Shown here: one piece after another, positions 33,851-42,218 of the stretch | Numbering within the stretch: the first letter of the stretch is position 1 | Layout of the letters: the number at the start of each line of letters is the position of its first letter | DNA from: an uncultured Oscillospiraceae bacterium | Lineage (GTDB): Bacteria; Bacillota; Clostridia; Oscillospirales; Oscillospiraceae | Direction: 5' to 3' | Assembly (NCBI GenBank): GCA_910579775.1 | Contig: CAJTUE010000003.1 | Span: 79,653-143,652, forward strand | Length of the DNA: 64,000 nucleotides | The notes under the pieces: model-generated | What the model was told of the DNA's origin: nothing | What the model saw: only the letters and a program-made list of their open reading frames with translations | Databases searched by the model: none | Program-made: the position numbers and the translations under genes

Positions 33851-33863
33851 AGGAACAAGCTAT

Positions 33864-33908
33864 AAAACACCCCGTTATCTTTTTGGTCAAGATAACGGGG
33901 TGTTTTTC
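33864..33908. terminator. bidirectional terminator hairpin
   Basis: aaaacaccccgttatc / gataacggggtgtttt, flanked by A/T runs on both sides. Confidence 0.8.
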
Positions 33909-33915
33909 CATTCTA

Positions 33916-34106
33916 GAGTTGTCACGCTCCCGTTGGACACACTACGGCTTCGCGTCTCGCCTTTCGGCTCGGTCAGCTCGTAGCTCGGGCCCCACCGGGG
34001 CCCACTCGCCCCTCCGACTCGGGGCAGATCGCGCGGCCCTTGGCCGCTTACCAATTCGCCCCTCGCTCCGGTCCATCGAAGCCTGTGTGTCTACGGGTCG
34101 CACTTC
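33916..34106 (-). repeat. 191-nt member of the same long-hairpin element family, in the prfB 3' UTR
   Basis: The reverse complement begins gaagtgcgacccgtagacacac..gatggaccggagcgaggggcgaattggtaag.. and ends ..gtgtgtccaacgggagcgtgacaac. It is collinear with the 134-nt unit plus a ~57-nt internal insertion. Confidence 0.8.
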
Positions 34107-35228
34107 TTACTTTTCTACCCAACTCCCCGTGGCTTCGCAGGACAAATAGGCGTTGATGAAGCCGTCCAGGTCGCCGTCCATGACGGAATTGATGTTGGCG
34201 GTCTCGTAGCCGGTGCGGGTGTCCTTGACCAGCTGGTAGGGCATGAAGACGTAGGAGCGGATCTGACTACCCCATTCGATCTTCATCTGCACGCCCTTGA
34301 GGTCGGAGATTTTTTCCGCATGGGCCTGCATCTGCAGCTCTACCAGCTTGGAGCGGAGCATCCGCATACAGGTGTCCCGGTTCTGGAACTGGGAACGCTC
34401 CTGCTGGGAGGACACCACAATACCCGTGGGCTTATGGATGAGGCGAACGGCGGATGAGGTTTTGTTGATGTGCTGGCCGCCCGCGCCGGAGGAACGAAAC
34501 ACCTGCATCTCCACGTCCTCGGGGCGGATGTCCACCTCCACGTCGTCAGGGATCTCAGGCATGACCTCCAGAGCGGCGAAGGAGGTCTGCCGTCTGGCAT
34601 TGGCGTCGAAGGGGGAGACACGCACCAGCCGGTGGACGCCATTTTCTCCCCGCAGGAAGCCGTAGGCGTTTTCTCCGGTGATCATAATGGTGGCGGATTT
34701 CAATCCGGCCTCGTCGCCCTCCAGGTAATCCACGGTCTCGCAGGTGAACCCATGGCGTTCCGCCCAGCGGGTGTACATGCGAAAGAGCATCTGGGCCCAG
34801 TCCTGGGCCTCGGTTCCCCCCGCCCCGGCGTGGAAGGTGAGGATGGCGTTGGCGTTGTCATACTCCCCGGTCAGGAGGGTAGCCAGCCGCGCGGACTCCA
34901 CGTCCTCCTCCAGGGCTCTGCAGCCCTCGGACAGCTCAGGGAGGAGGGAAGCGTCCTCCTCCTCGTTGCCCATCTCGCAAAGGGTGACCAGATCGGACCA
35001 GCTGCGCTCCCGCTTGGCCTGGTTCTCAATCTTGTCCTGAAGGGCCTTGATGCGCTGCTGGGTCTTTTGAGCCTTGTCCGGGTCGTCCCAAAAGCCGGGG
35101 GCGGCGGACTGTGACTGGAGCAGATCCAGCTCCCGGGCCGCCTGGTCCAGGCCCAGGGAAGCCTTCAGGGTTTCCAACTGAGGTTTGAAGTTGTTGAGCC
35201 AAACCTTGTATTCGTCAAATTCCAGCAT
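34107..35228 (-). CDS. prfB: peptide chain release factor 2, encoded in a single frame
   Basis: 373 aa with the SPF motif (VRVSPFD) and the GGQ motif (SGAGGQHINK). The N-terminus ..LKASLGLDQAARELD.. is continuous where many prfB genes carry CTT TGA C. Confidence 0.95.
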   Translation of the reverse strand: MLEFDEYKVWLNNFKPQLETLKASLGLDQAARELDLLQSQSAAPGFWDDPDKAQKTQQRIKALQDKIENQAKRERSWSDLVTLCEMGNEEEDASLLPELSEGCRALEEDVESARLATLLTGEYDNANAILTFHAGAGGTEAQDWAQMLFRMYTRWAERHGFTCETVDYLEGDEAGLKSATIMITGENAYGFLRGENGVHRLVRVSPFDANARRQTSFAALEVMPEIPDDVEVDIRPEDVEMQVFRSSGAGGQHINKTSSAVRLIHKPTGIVVSSQQERSQFQNRDTCMRMLRSKLVELQMQAHAEKISDLKGVQMKIEWGSQIRSYVFMPYQLVKDTRTGYETANINSVMDGDLDGFINAYLSCEATGSWVEK

Positions 35229-35263
35229 AGTAAATCTCCTAGCACTTGTAAAGTCAGTAGCCT

Positions 35264-35293
35264 ATTATACCCAATTGGCCCCACTCCTGTCAA
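35264..35293 (-). promoter_or_regulatory. candidate prfB promoter
   Basis: The minus strand reads TTGACA - 18 nt - TATAAT. It overlaps the stop of the upstream small CDS. Confidence 0.5.
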
Positions 35294-35499
35294 TCCTTGG
35301 GCTTCAGCGGAGTCTTGCTGCCGTCGGGATGTTGAATGACGGTGTGGTCCAGCTGGGCGGTGAGGTTTTCCCGCACCGCCTCCACATACCGCCGCCGTAG
35401 CTCCATCTGCTCAGCCTTTTCTTCCACGGTGAGGCCCTCGGGGGTGCGGGACTTACGAGCCAGGGCGTTGATGCGGTCAATGTCGGCTTGGGTGATCAT
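35290..35499 (-). CDS. small DUF896/UPF0291-like protein
   Basis: MITQADIDRINALARKSRTPEGLTVEEKAEQMELRRRYVEAVRENL.. (69 aa). The ATG overlaps the upstream stop as ATGA. The longer ORF-track start would run into the upstream CDS. Confidence 0.65.
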   Translation of the reverse strand: MITQADIDRINALARKSRTPEGLTVEEKAEQMELRRRYVEAVRENLTAQLDHTVIQHPDGSKTPLKPKD

Positions 35500-36290
35500 A
35501 CATATCGCTCCATTTCCACCAAGATGCGGCCCTTGCGGCTGAGACCGTTGACCTTGGTCAACTTGCATTTGCCCAGACCCTTGCCGTTGAGGGAGTCCCC
35601 CTCCTGGAGCAGGCGGTCTGGCTTGGTACAGGGCAGATGGTTGAGCAAAAGCCGCCCGCCGGAAATAAGGGCGGCGGCCTTGGACCGGGGGATGCGAAAG
35701 GCGGAGGCTGCCACCGCGTCAAAACGGAGGGATTGGAAGGTCTCTGTGCGCCGCTGGACCATTTCCTCCGCCGGGGTCAGCCGGGAAAGGGGGATCTCCT
35801 TTGGGGAGGCGGAATACCACCCCACCTCTCGCCACTGCTCCAGCAAAATAGGCAGGGCGGAGGCCAGACAGACCACCTGGGCGGTGTCCTCTCCCACCAA
35901 AATGTCACCCAGCAGGTCCCGGGTGATTCCCAGCCCCATGAGAGAGCCTAAAAAGTCCCGGTGGGAGAGCTTCTTTGCCCCCTCCCCCTCGCGAGGCAGC
36001 TTGACCTCCACGGCGGCCAGCGGCGGCTCGTCCGGCGTTTCCATCCAATCGGGGAGAAAGCGGCAGACCTTGCGGGAGGCGGCGGCAAAGCCGCCCTCCA
36101 AGGTCCAGCGGATCTCCCCCGCCGCGGCAATGGCCTGAACGGCCAGGGCCTGTTCGCCGTCGGAGAGAAAATGGCTGTGGGTGGGGATATCCCGCCGCCG
36201 GCACAGCTCCAGCTGATCCAACAGTCGAGCCAGAGACATGCGGCTGTCGGCGTCGGCGGCCAAATGGTCCAGGACCTTGGTCTTATCCAT
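35496..36290 (-). CDS. YlmH-like RNA-binding protein with a C-terminal S4 domain
   Basis: I chose the start MDKTKVLDHL.. (ATG 36288-36290) because the longer ORF overlaps the ABC gene. The C-terminus ..SLRFDAVAASAFRIPRSKAAALISGGRLLLNH.. looks like an S4 domain. Confidence 0.65.
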   Translation of the reverse strand: MDKTKVLDHLAADADSRMSLARLLDQLELCRRRDIPTHSHFLSDGEQALAVQAIAAAGEIRWTLEGGFAAASRKVCRFLPDWMETPDEPPLAAVEVKLPREGEGAKKLSHRDFLGSLMGLGITRDLLGDILVGEDTAQVVCLASALPILLEQWREVGWYSASPKEIPLSRLTPAEEMVQRRTETFQSLRFDAVAASAFRIPRSKAAALISGGRLLLNHLPCTKPDRLLQEGDSLNGKGLGKCKLTKVNGLSRKGRILVEMERYV

Positions 36291-38040
36291 GGGCGTGCCC
36301 TTTCTGGGCGGCGTGGAGCTGGGCGTATTGTCCGCCAAGGGCCAGCAGCTCCTCATGAGTGCCCTCCTCGGCAATGCCCGCCCCATCCACCACCAGGATG
36401 CGCTGGGCGGAACGGATGGTGGAGAGGCGGTGGGCGATGATGAGGGTGGTGCGCCCCTTCGCCAGCGCGTCAAAGGCCCCCTGGATGCGGTGCTCGGTGA
36501 CGCTGTCCAGGGCGGAGGTGGCCTCGTCCAGAATGAGGATGGGCGGGTTTTTCAGAAAGATGCGGGCAATGGACACCCGCTGCTTCTGGCCGCCGGAGAG
36601 CATGACCCCCCGCTCACCCACATAGGTGTTGAAGCCGTCGGGCATGTCCAGAATATCGTCCAGGATCTCCGCCTTGCGGGCGGCCTCCCGGACCTCCTCC
36701 AGGGTGGCGCCCGGTCTGCCGTAGGCGATGTTGTCAAAGATGGTCCCGGCAAACAGGAACACGTCCTGCTGGACGATGCCGATGGCCCGGCGCAGGGAAT
36801 GCTGGGTCAGAGTGCGCACGTCCTTGCCGTCCACCAGGATAGCCCCCTCCGTCACGTCGTAAAAACGGGGGATGAGCTGGCAGAGGGTGGACTTGCCGCC
36901 GCCGGAGGGCCCCACCACCGCCACCGTCTGGCCGGGAGCGATGTGAAGGTCCACATGGCTGAGCACCGGCTCGCCGCCGGGCTCATAGGCAAAGGTCATG
37001 TCCTTGACCAAAATATCCCCCTTCACGTCGGTAAGGTCGCGGGCGTGGGGGGCGTCCTGAATATCCGGTTCCACCCGCATGAGCTCCAGGAAGCGGTGGA
37101 AGCCCGCCATACCCTGGGTGTACTGCTCCACAAAGGCGGAGAGCTTGCGGATGGGGGTGAGGAAGGTGGAAACATAGAGGGAGAAGGTGATAAGGTCCAC
37201 ATAGTCCATGCGGCCGCCCATGATGAGAAAGCCGCCCAGGGCGATGACCAGCACGGACATGATGCCCATGGCGAACTCCAGCCCGGAGTGGTAGGTGGCC
37301 ATGGCCTTGTAGTAGTCGTTTTTGGAGCCCCGGAACAGGTCGTTGGCCTTGCCGAATTTCTCGATCTCCGAGCGCTCGTTGGCAAAGGCCTTGGCCGTCC
37401 GCATCCCGGACAGAGAGGATTCCAGCTCCCCGTTGATCCCCGCCAGGGTGCGCTTCACCGCCATGGAGGCGCGGCTCATCCGCCGGCGCTGGATGATGGT
37501 GAAGACCAGGAAAACGGGCACCACCACAAACACGGCCAGGGCCAGCTCCCAGCGGATGGTGAGCATCACGCACAGCGCGCCCAGGAGGGTGACCGACGAG
37601 ATGAACAGGTCCTCGGGGCCGTGGTGGGCCAGCTCGGTGATCTCAAAGAGGTCGCCGGTGACCCGGCTCATCAACTGCCCCGTGCGGTTTTTATCATAAA
37701 AGGAGAAGGACAGGTCCTGCATGTGGGAAAAGAGGTCCCGGCGGATGTCCGCCTCGATGCGCACCCCCAGCTGGTGGCCCCAGTAGGTGACCACAAAGTA
37801 AAAGGCGGAGCGCAGAAGGTAGGACAGGGCCAGCACCGCCATCACCGCGAAAAAGGCGGAGTACAGTTTACCGGGCAGCAGCTCATTCATGCACAGCCGG
37901 GACACCCACGGAAAGGCCAGGTCCACCAGGCAGATGCCGGTGGCGCAGAGCATGTCCAGGGCAAACAGCGGCCAGTGAGGCTTGTAGTAGGAGGAAAATA
38001 TTTTTAAAGGCCGTGCGGTCTTCATCTCTTTGGCGGTCAT
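36283..38040 (-). CDS. ABC exporter, fused permease/ATPase (MsbA/multidrug type)
   Basis: 585 aa with six N-terminal TM helices. Walker A GPSGGGKST, signature LSGGQKQR, Walker B ILILDEATSALD. Confidence 0.9.
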   Translation of the reverse strand: MTAKEMKTARPLKIFSSYYKPHWPLFALDMLCATGICLVDLAFPWVSRLCMNELLPGKLYSAFFAVMAVLALSYLLRSAFYFVVTYWGHQLGVRIEADIRRDLFSHMQDLSFSFYDKNRTGQLMSRVTGDLFEITELAHHGPEDLFISSVTLLGALCVMLTIRWELALAVFVVVPVFLVFTIIQRRRMSRASMAVKRTLAGINGELESSLSGMRTAKAFANERSEIEKFGKANDLFRGSKNDYYKAMATYHSGLEFAMGIMSVLVIALGGFLIMGGRMDYVDLITFSLYVSTFLTPIRKLSAFVEQYTQGMAGFHRFLELMRVEPDIQDAPHARDLTDVKGDILVKDMTFAYEPGGEPVLSHVDLHIAPGQTVAVVGPSGGGKSTLCQLIPRFYDVTEGAILVDGKDVRTLTQHSLRRAIGIVQQDVFLFAGTIFDNIAYGRPGATLEEVREAARKAEILDDILDMPDGFNTYVGERGVMLSGGQKQRVSIARIFLKNPPILILDEATSALDSVTEHRIQGAFDALAKGRTTLIIAHRLSTIRSAQRILVVDGAGIAEEGTHEELLALGGQYAQLHAAQKGHAHG

Positions 38041-38123
38041 AAGATCCCTTCCTTGTGAAAAAGTGGCTATTGTGGTAGTATATGCGAAAAAGCGGAAAAA
38101 GTCAATCGATCAGGGCAACGTCC

Positions 38124-38152
38124 TTGCTTTTTCCCCGGACTGACGGTATAAT
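38124..38152 (+). promoter_or_regulatory. candidate promoter of the small membrane protein gene
   Basis: TTGCTT - 17 nt - TATAAT. Confidence 0.5.
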
Positions 38153-38175
38153 GGGCCGTGAAAGGTGGGACCGCC

Positions 38176-38490
38176 ATGAAAAACCGTCAGCGGGAAATGA
38201 AATATCTCTATCTTGCGTGCAGTGTGTTCGGCATCGGCTATTTTGTCCTCAGCCTGATCGCTCTCTTTGCGGACGGAGCCATGCACAGAGTATTTTTCGG
38301 CCTGGAGGACTCCCTGGGCAGCGTAGCCTATTTCGCGTCCATGCTCTTTTGGTGGGTGAGCATCCAGCTCTATCTGCGTTCTCTCCCTGAGCCCAAGCTG
38401 CCCCCCTGGGCCAAAAAGCTGTGCGTGGCCGACCTGCTGGCCTTTCTCGGCGTCCTGGCCCTGCGGCTTTTGGACCTCTATGTGATCTGA
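38176..38490 (+). CDS. small integral membrane protein, unknown function
   Basis: ATG at 38176 after AAAGGTGGG. 104 aa with about 3 hydrophobic helices. Confidence 0.5.
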   Translation: MKNRQREMKYLYLACSVFGIGYFVLSLIALFADGAMHRVFFGLEDSLGSVAYFASMLFWWVSIQLYLRSLPEPKLPPWAKKLCVADLLAFLGVLALRLLDLYVI

Positions 38491-38504
38491 CAAAACGCAA
38501 AACG

Positions 38505-38534
38505 AAGGGACGGCTCCATCGAGCCGTCCCTTTT
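38505..38534. terminator. bidirectional terminator of the GGGACGGCTC type
   Basis: aagggacggctc - catc - gagccgtccctt. Confidence 0.8.
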
Positions 38535-38535
38535 G

Positions 38536-38778
38536 CTACTTCAATTCCTGCTCCAGACTGTCAAATTCCTCGGTGGAGAAAAACTCGCCCAAGGTCATGT
38601 CCAGGCCGTCGCACAGCATTTTGATGGTAGCCAGCTTCGGATTGCGGCTTTTTCCATAGAGGATGTTTTTCACGCTGGACGGCGGCAGCCCCGCCAGATC
38701 CGCAAGCTTGTTGATCGTGATCTCGTGTTCTCCACAAAGCGTCAGAATACGGTTGCGTACCGTCTCGATCATGTCCAT
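38536..38778 (-). CDS. XRE-family HTH transcriptional regulator
   Basis: MDMIETVRNRILTLCGEHEITINKLADLAGLPPSSVKNILYGKS.. (80 aa), with RBS GGGGTGA. Confidence 0.8.
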   Translation of the reverse strand: MDMIETVRNRILTLCGEHEITINKLADLAGLPPSSVKNILYGKSRNPKLATIKMLCDGLDMTLGEFFSTEEFDSLEQELK

Positions 38779-38845
38779 TGTTTTCACCCCTTGTCGGGAG
38801 AATAACAAAAAACTCTGGACATTGTAGGCTACCCATGCTACTATT

Positions 38846-38861
38846 AGGCTATGCATAGCCT
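38846..38861. promoter_or_regulatory. perfect 16-bp palindrome, candidate operator in the divergent promoter region
   Basis: aggctatgcatagcct is self-complementary. An extra half-site, gtaggcta, lies at 38825-38832. Confidence 0.5.
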
Positions 38862-38877
38862 ATTTCAAGGGAGGTAC

Positions 38878-39129
38878 ATGATGGAACGATTGCCAAAGGC
38901 CATGCGGCCAGCCGCTGTATGCGGGACCTGTGTCCACTACCGTCAACACTTTGTCATGAGCATTCACCAACGGTTGACTCCAGTGTGGTACGGTCACTGC
39001 AACCTGCCAAGCAACAGACACACAGCCCCCGACGAGACCTGTACGCACTGGGATGAGAGCCCCAGTGTTTCACACTCAAACATCACCAAAGACATCTTGC
39101 TCCCGCCCGCCGGCAAACCTCCAATGTAG
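38878..39129 (+). CDS. small Cys/His-rich protein (CxxC..GHC..C, zinc-ribbon-like), unknown function
   Basis: RBS AAGGGAGG followed by ATGATG. MMERLPKAMRPAAVCGTCVHYRQHFV..PVWYGHC..PDETCTHWDES. A paralogue lies at 60385. Confidence 0.5.
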   Translation: MMERLPKAMRPAAVCGTCVHYRQHFVMSIHQRLTPVWYGHCNLPSNRHTAPDETCTHWDESPSVSHSNITKDILLPPAGKPPM

Positions 39130-39650
39130 GGCGCGGCTTCCCAGACGCGCCGCTCCTTGCGGTCTGGGACCGCTGGCCTTTCTGGGAGACTATCTTTTCC
39201 ATCCTCGAAAAGATAGCCCCCAGACCCCCAGAAAAGAGGCCAAAGGGGGCAATCCGAGAGCCCCCTTTGGAAACCCCTTCGGCCAAAGAGGGGGTCCTCG
39301 GTCCCCCTCTGTCGGATACTCCCCCTGGAGAGTCTTCTTGCCAGGTAGGATGGTCGTCTCGGCTTACTCCGTAACGCCGCGCCGACACGGGCCGCCCTGT
39401 CCTTCGTAGGGCGCGCCTTGTCCTTGACCTTGGCCCCTTTGGCAAAGGAGCTGTCAGCCGACAGACTGACTGGGGATTGTGCCCTTGTGCTGTACCTGAC
39501 AATCCCCAGTCATTTGCTTCGCAAATGCCACCCTCTTTTTAAAGGGTGCTTGTAGACCGCGCCGCCATCCACCATCCTACATTCCGGGCGGGGCAAGCCC
39601 CGCCCCTACGGTAGGATATGGGCTGTGAGGCAGCGGCCAGGGGCAGCGCT
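39126..39650. repeat. 0.5-kb non-coding array of at least 8 consecutive GC-rich hairpins / short repeats
   Basis: Inverted repeats at 39140-39168, 39190-39216, 39242-39268, 39288-39309, 39469-39510 (12-bp perfect stem), 39513-39525, 39529-39548 and 39574-39617 (the last containing gggcgggg-caag-ccccgccc). Confidence 0.7.
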
Positions 39651-39736
39651 TACGCCGCGGTGTCGGCGAAAAAGAGGAAATCTCCGTCCTGGTACACCTC
39701 TACATGGCCCATCACATAACGAATTTCACAGTTCAT
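39650..39736 (-). CDS. possible 28-aa small ORF (MNCEIRYVMGHVEVYQDGDFLFFADTAA)
   Basis: AGGAGG sits 7 nt upstream of the ATG at 39734-39736. The ORF is below the ORF-track size cut-off and ends where the hairpin array begins. Confidence 0.2.
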   Translation of the reverse strand: MNCEIRYVMGHVEVYQDGDFLFFADTAA

Positions 39737-39834
39737 AAGAAAACCTCCTATCCCGTTGCCTTCTGACAATAGGATAGAAGATCTGCTGTCCCATAAACGG
39801 GACTCATTCTTTCTTTTCTCTGCCTGACCTCAAA

Positions 39835-39886
39835 AACACAAAAGGACGATCCCCCGTGGTAACACGGAAGGACCGTCCTTTTTTCA
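39835..39886 (-). terminator. rny terminator
   Basis: An imperfect long stem aaaaggacggtcc..ggatcgtcctttt followed by a T-run on the minus strand. Confidence 0.7.
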
Positions 39887-39890
39887 AAAC

Positions 39891-41438
39891 TTATTTCGCG
39901 TACTCGATGGCGCGGGTCTCACGCAAGACGTTGACCTTGATCTGACCGGGATATTCCAGCTCCTCCTCGATCTTCTTTGCAATGTCCCGGGCCAGGAGCA
40001 CCATCTGGTCCTCGCTGACCTTGTCGGGGGCGACCATGATGCGGACCTCCCGGCCGGCCTGGATGGCAAAGGATTTCTCCACGCCGGGGAAGGAGGACGT
40101 GACCTCCTCCAACTTCTCCAGGCGCTTGATGTAGTTCTCCACGTTCTCACGGCGGGCGCCGGGGCGGGCGGCGGAGATGGCGTCAGCGGCCTGGACCAGA
40201 CAGGCGACGATGGTCTTGGGCTCCACATCGTTGTGGTGGGCCTCGATGGCGTGGATCACGCCGTCGCTCTCCCGGTATTTCCGGGCCAGCTCCACGCCGA
40301 TTTGGACGTGGGAGCCCTCTACCTCGTGGTCGATGGACTTGCCCAGGTCGTGAAGCAGGCCCGCGCGCTTGGCCATAGTGACGTCGGCGCCGATCTCAGC
40401 AGCCAGCAGTCCGGCCACGTGGCACACCTCAATGGAGTGGTTCAACACGTTCTGGCCGTAGCTGGTGCGGTATTTCATGCGGCCCAGGAGCTTGATGAGC
40501 TCGGGGTGGAGGCCGTGGACGTTGGTCTCGAACACAGCCCGCTCGCCCTCGGCCTTGATGGTGGCGTCCACCTCCCGCTTGGCCTTCTCCACCATCTCCT
40601 CAATGCGGGCGGGGTGGATGCGGCCGTCCTGGATGAGCTTTTCCAGCGCCAGCCGGGCGATCTCCCGGCGCACCGGGTCGAAGCAGGACACGGTGATGGC
40701 CTCGGGGGTATCGTCAATGATGAGGTCCACCCCGGTGAGGGTCTCCAAGGTGCGGATGTTGCGGCCCTCCCGACCGATGATGCGGCCCTTGAGGTCGTCA
40801 TTGGGCAGCGGCACCACAGACACGGTGGCCTCAGCCACGTGGTCGGCGGCGCAACGCTGGATGGCGAGGGAAATGATCTCCTTGGCAGTGGTGTCCGCCT
40901 CTTCCTTGGCCCGGGTCTCGATCTCCTTGACCTTCAGGGCGGCCTCGTGGGTGACCTCCTGCTCCAGCTCGGTCAACAGGACGTTCTTGGCCTCCTCGGC
41001 GGTCATGCCGGAAATGCGCTCCAGCTCACGGACCTCCTGGTCCTTCAGCTGGGTCAGTTCCTCGCGCTGGGCGTCCAGGGCCTCCTGCTTGGTGGTCAGG
41101 GCTTCTTCCTTATGCTCCAGGTTTTCCAGCTTGCGGTCCAGGTTTTCTTCTTTCTGATTGAGGCGGTTTTCCTGCTTTTGCAGCTCGGCGCGGCGCTCCT
41201 TGACCTCGGTCTCGTGCTCGGTGCGGGCCTTCAGGATCTCCTCCTTGGCCTCTACCAGCGCCTCGCGCTTCTTGCTCTCGGCGGACTTGATGGCGTCGTT
41301 AATGATGCGCTTGGCCTCTTCCTCCGCGCTGGAGATCTCCTTTTCGGAGACCCTCTTGCGGTATTGCACGCCCACAGGGAACCCGATGGCGAAAAAGACC
41401 ACGGCGCAAATCACGCCGACTAAGATGTAAATGCCCAT
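39891..41438 (-). CDS. rny: ribonuclease Y
   Basis: 515 aa with an N-terminal TM helix and a long E/K-rich coiled coil. KH domain ([17 protein letters not shown]) and HD domain ([20 protein letters not shown]). Confidence 0.95.
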   Translation of the reverse strand: MGIYILVGVICAVVFFAIGFPVGVQYRKRVSEKEISSAEEEAKRIINDAIKSAESKKREALVEAKEEILKARTEHETEVKERRAELQKQENRLNQKEENLDRKLENLEHKEEALTTKQEALDAQREELTQLKDQEVRELERISGMTAEEAKNVLLTELEQEVTHEAALKVKEIETRAKEEADTTAKEIISLAIQRCAADHVAEATVSVVPLPNDDLKGRIIGREGRNIRTLETLTGVDLIIDDTPEAITVSCFDPVRREIARLALEKLIQDGRIHPARIEEMVEKAKREVDATIKAEGERAVFETNVHGLHPELIKLLGRMKYRTSYGQNVLNHSIEVCHVAGLLAAEIGADVTMAKRAGLLHDLGKSIDHEVEGSHVQIGVELARKYRESDGVIHAIEAHHNDVEPKTIVACLVQAADAISAARPGARRENVENYIKRLEKLEEVTSSFPGVEKSFAIQAGREVRIMVAPDKVSEDQMVLLARDIAKKIEEELEYPGQIKVNVLRETRAIEYAK

Positions 41439-41580
41439 ATTGCTTTGCTGACACCTCCGTTTTTTTGAATTTATCCTTGACTTTCAGCTTCCAAAGACAA
41501 AGCGGCATTATTTCAGCATACCTCTATTATTTTAAGTCAGTGTGGGCATTATGTCAAGGAATAATTTGTCCTGGGAGGGG

Positions 41581-42069
41581 TCAGGCCTTCTGCTTCTCCG
41601 CCAGAGAATCGTCCTCCCGGATCCAGTCCTCCACATGGACCACCCGGTAATCTGTCGGGGTGTCCCGAATGACCACCTGGGCAATACCCGCGTTAATGAT
41701 GAGGCGGCGGCACATGGCGCAGGAGCTGGTCCCCGCCATCAGCTCTCCGCTCTGCGGATCGAGGCAGGCCAGATAAATCGTGCCACCCAGGCTCTCCCGG
41801 CGGGCGGCGGAAATGATGCAGTTAGCTTCGGCGTGGACGCTGCGGCAGAGCTCGTAGCGCTCCCCGGAGGGGATGCCCAGCTCCTCCCGGGTACAGCGGC
41901 CCAGGTCGGCGCAGTTTTTCCGCCCCCGGGGCGCACCGTTGTAGCCGGTGGAAACGATCTCGTCATCCTTTACCAAAATGGCGCCGTAGCACCGCCGCAG
42001 ACAGGTGGAGCGCTCGGCCACCGTCTGGGCGATGTCCAGATAATAATTCATCTTGTCCCGTCGTGTCAT
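41581..42069 (-). CDS. dCMP (deoxycytidylate) deaminase, ComEB type
   Basis: Zinc motifs VHAEANCI and SCAMCRRLI, 162 aa. Confidence 0.85.
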   Translation of the reverse strand: MTRRDKMNYYLDIAQTVAERSTCLRRCYGAILVKDDEIVSTGYNGAPRGRKNCADLGRCTREELGIPSGERYELCRSVHAEANCIISAARRESLGGTIYLACLDPQSGELMAGTSSCAMCRRLIINAGIAQVVIRDTPTDYRVVHVEDWIREDDSLAEKQKA

Positions 42070-42218
42070 GGTGTGGTCCTCCTTTGTGTTGGGGTCATGT
42101 GCCTATTATACGGCCTGACCCCCCCCCACCGCAAGGGAAATTTACACTTTGTTTACGCTTTCGCCATTGACGGCGCTCTGTTCGCGGGGTATGATAAACG
42201 TAGCAATGAGGTGATACC

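Noticed and set aside
39053-39502. ORFs of 118 aa (+) and 139 aa (-) inside the 39.1-39.65 kb region.
   Set aside because: They have no RBS and Arg/Pro/Gly-rich low-complexity translations typical of GC-rich repeats. They are made up entirely of the hairpin elements.
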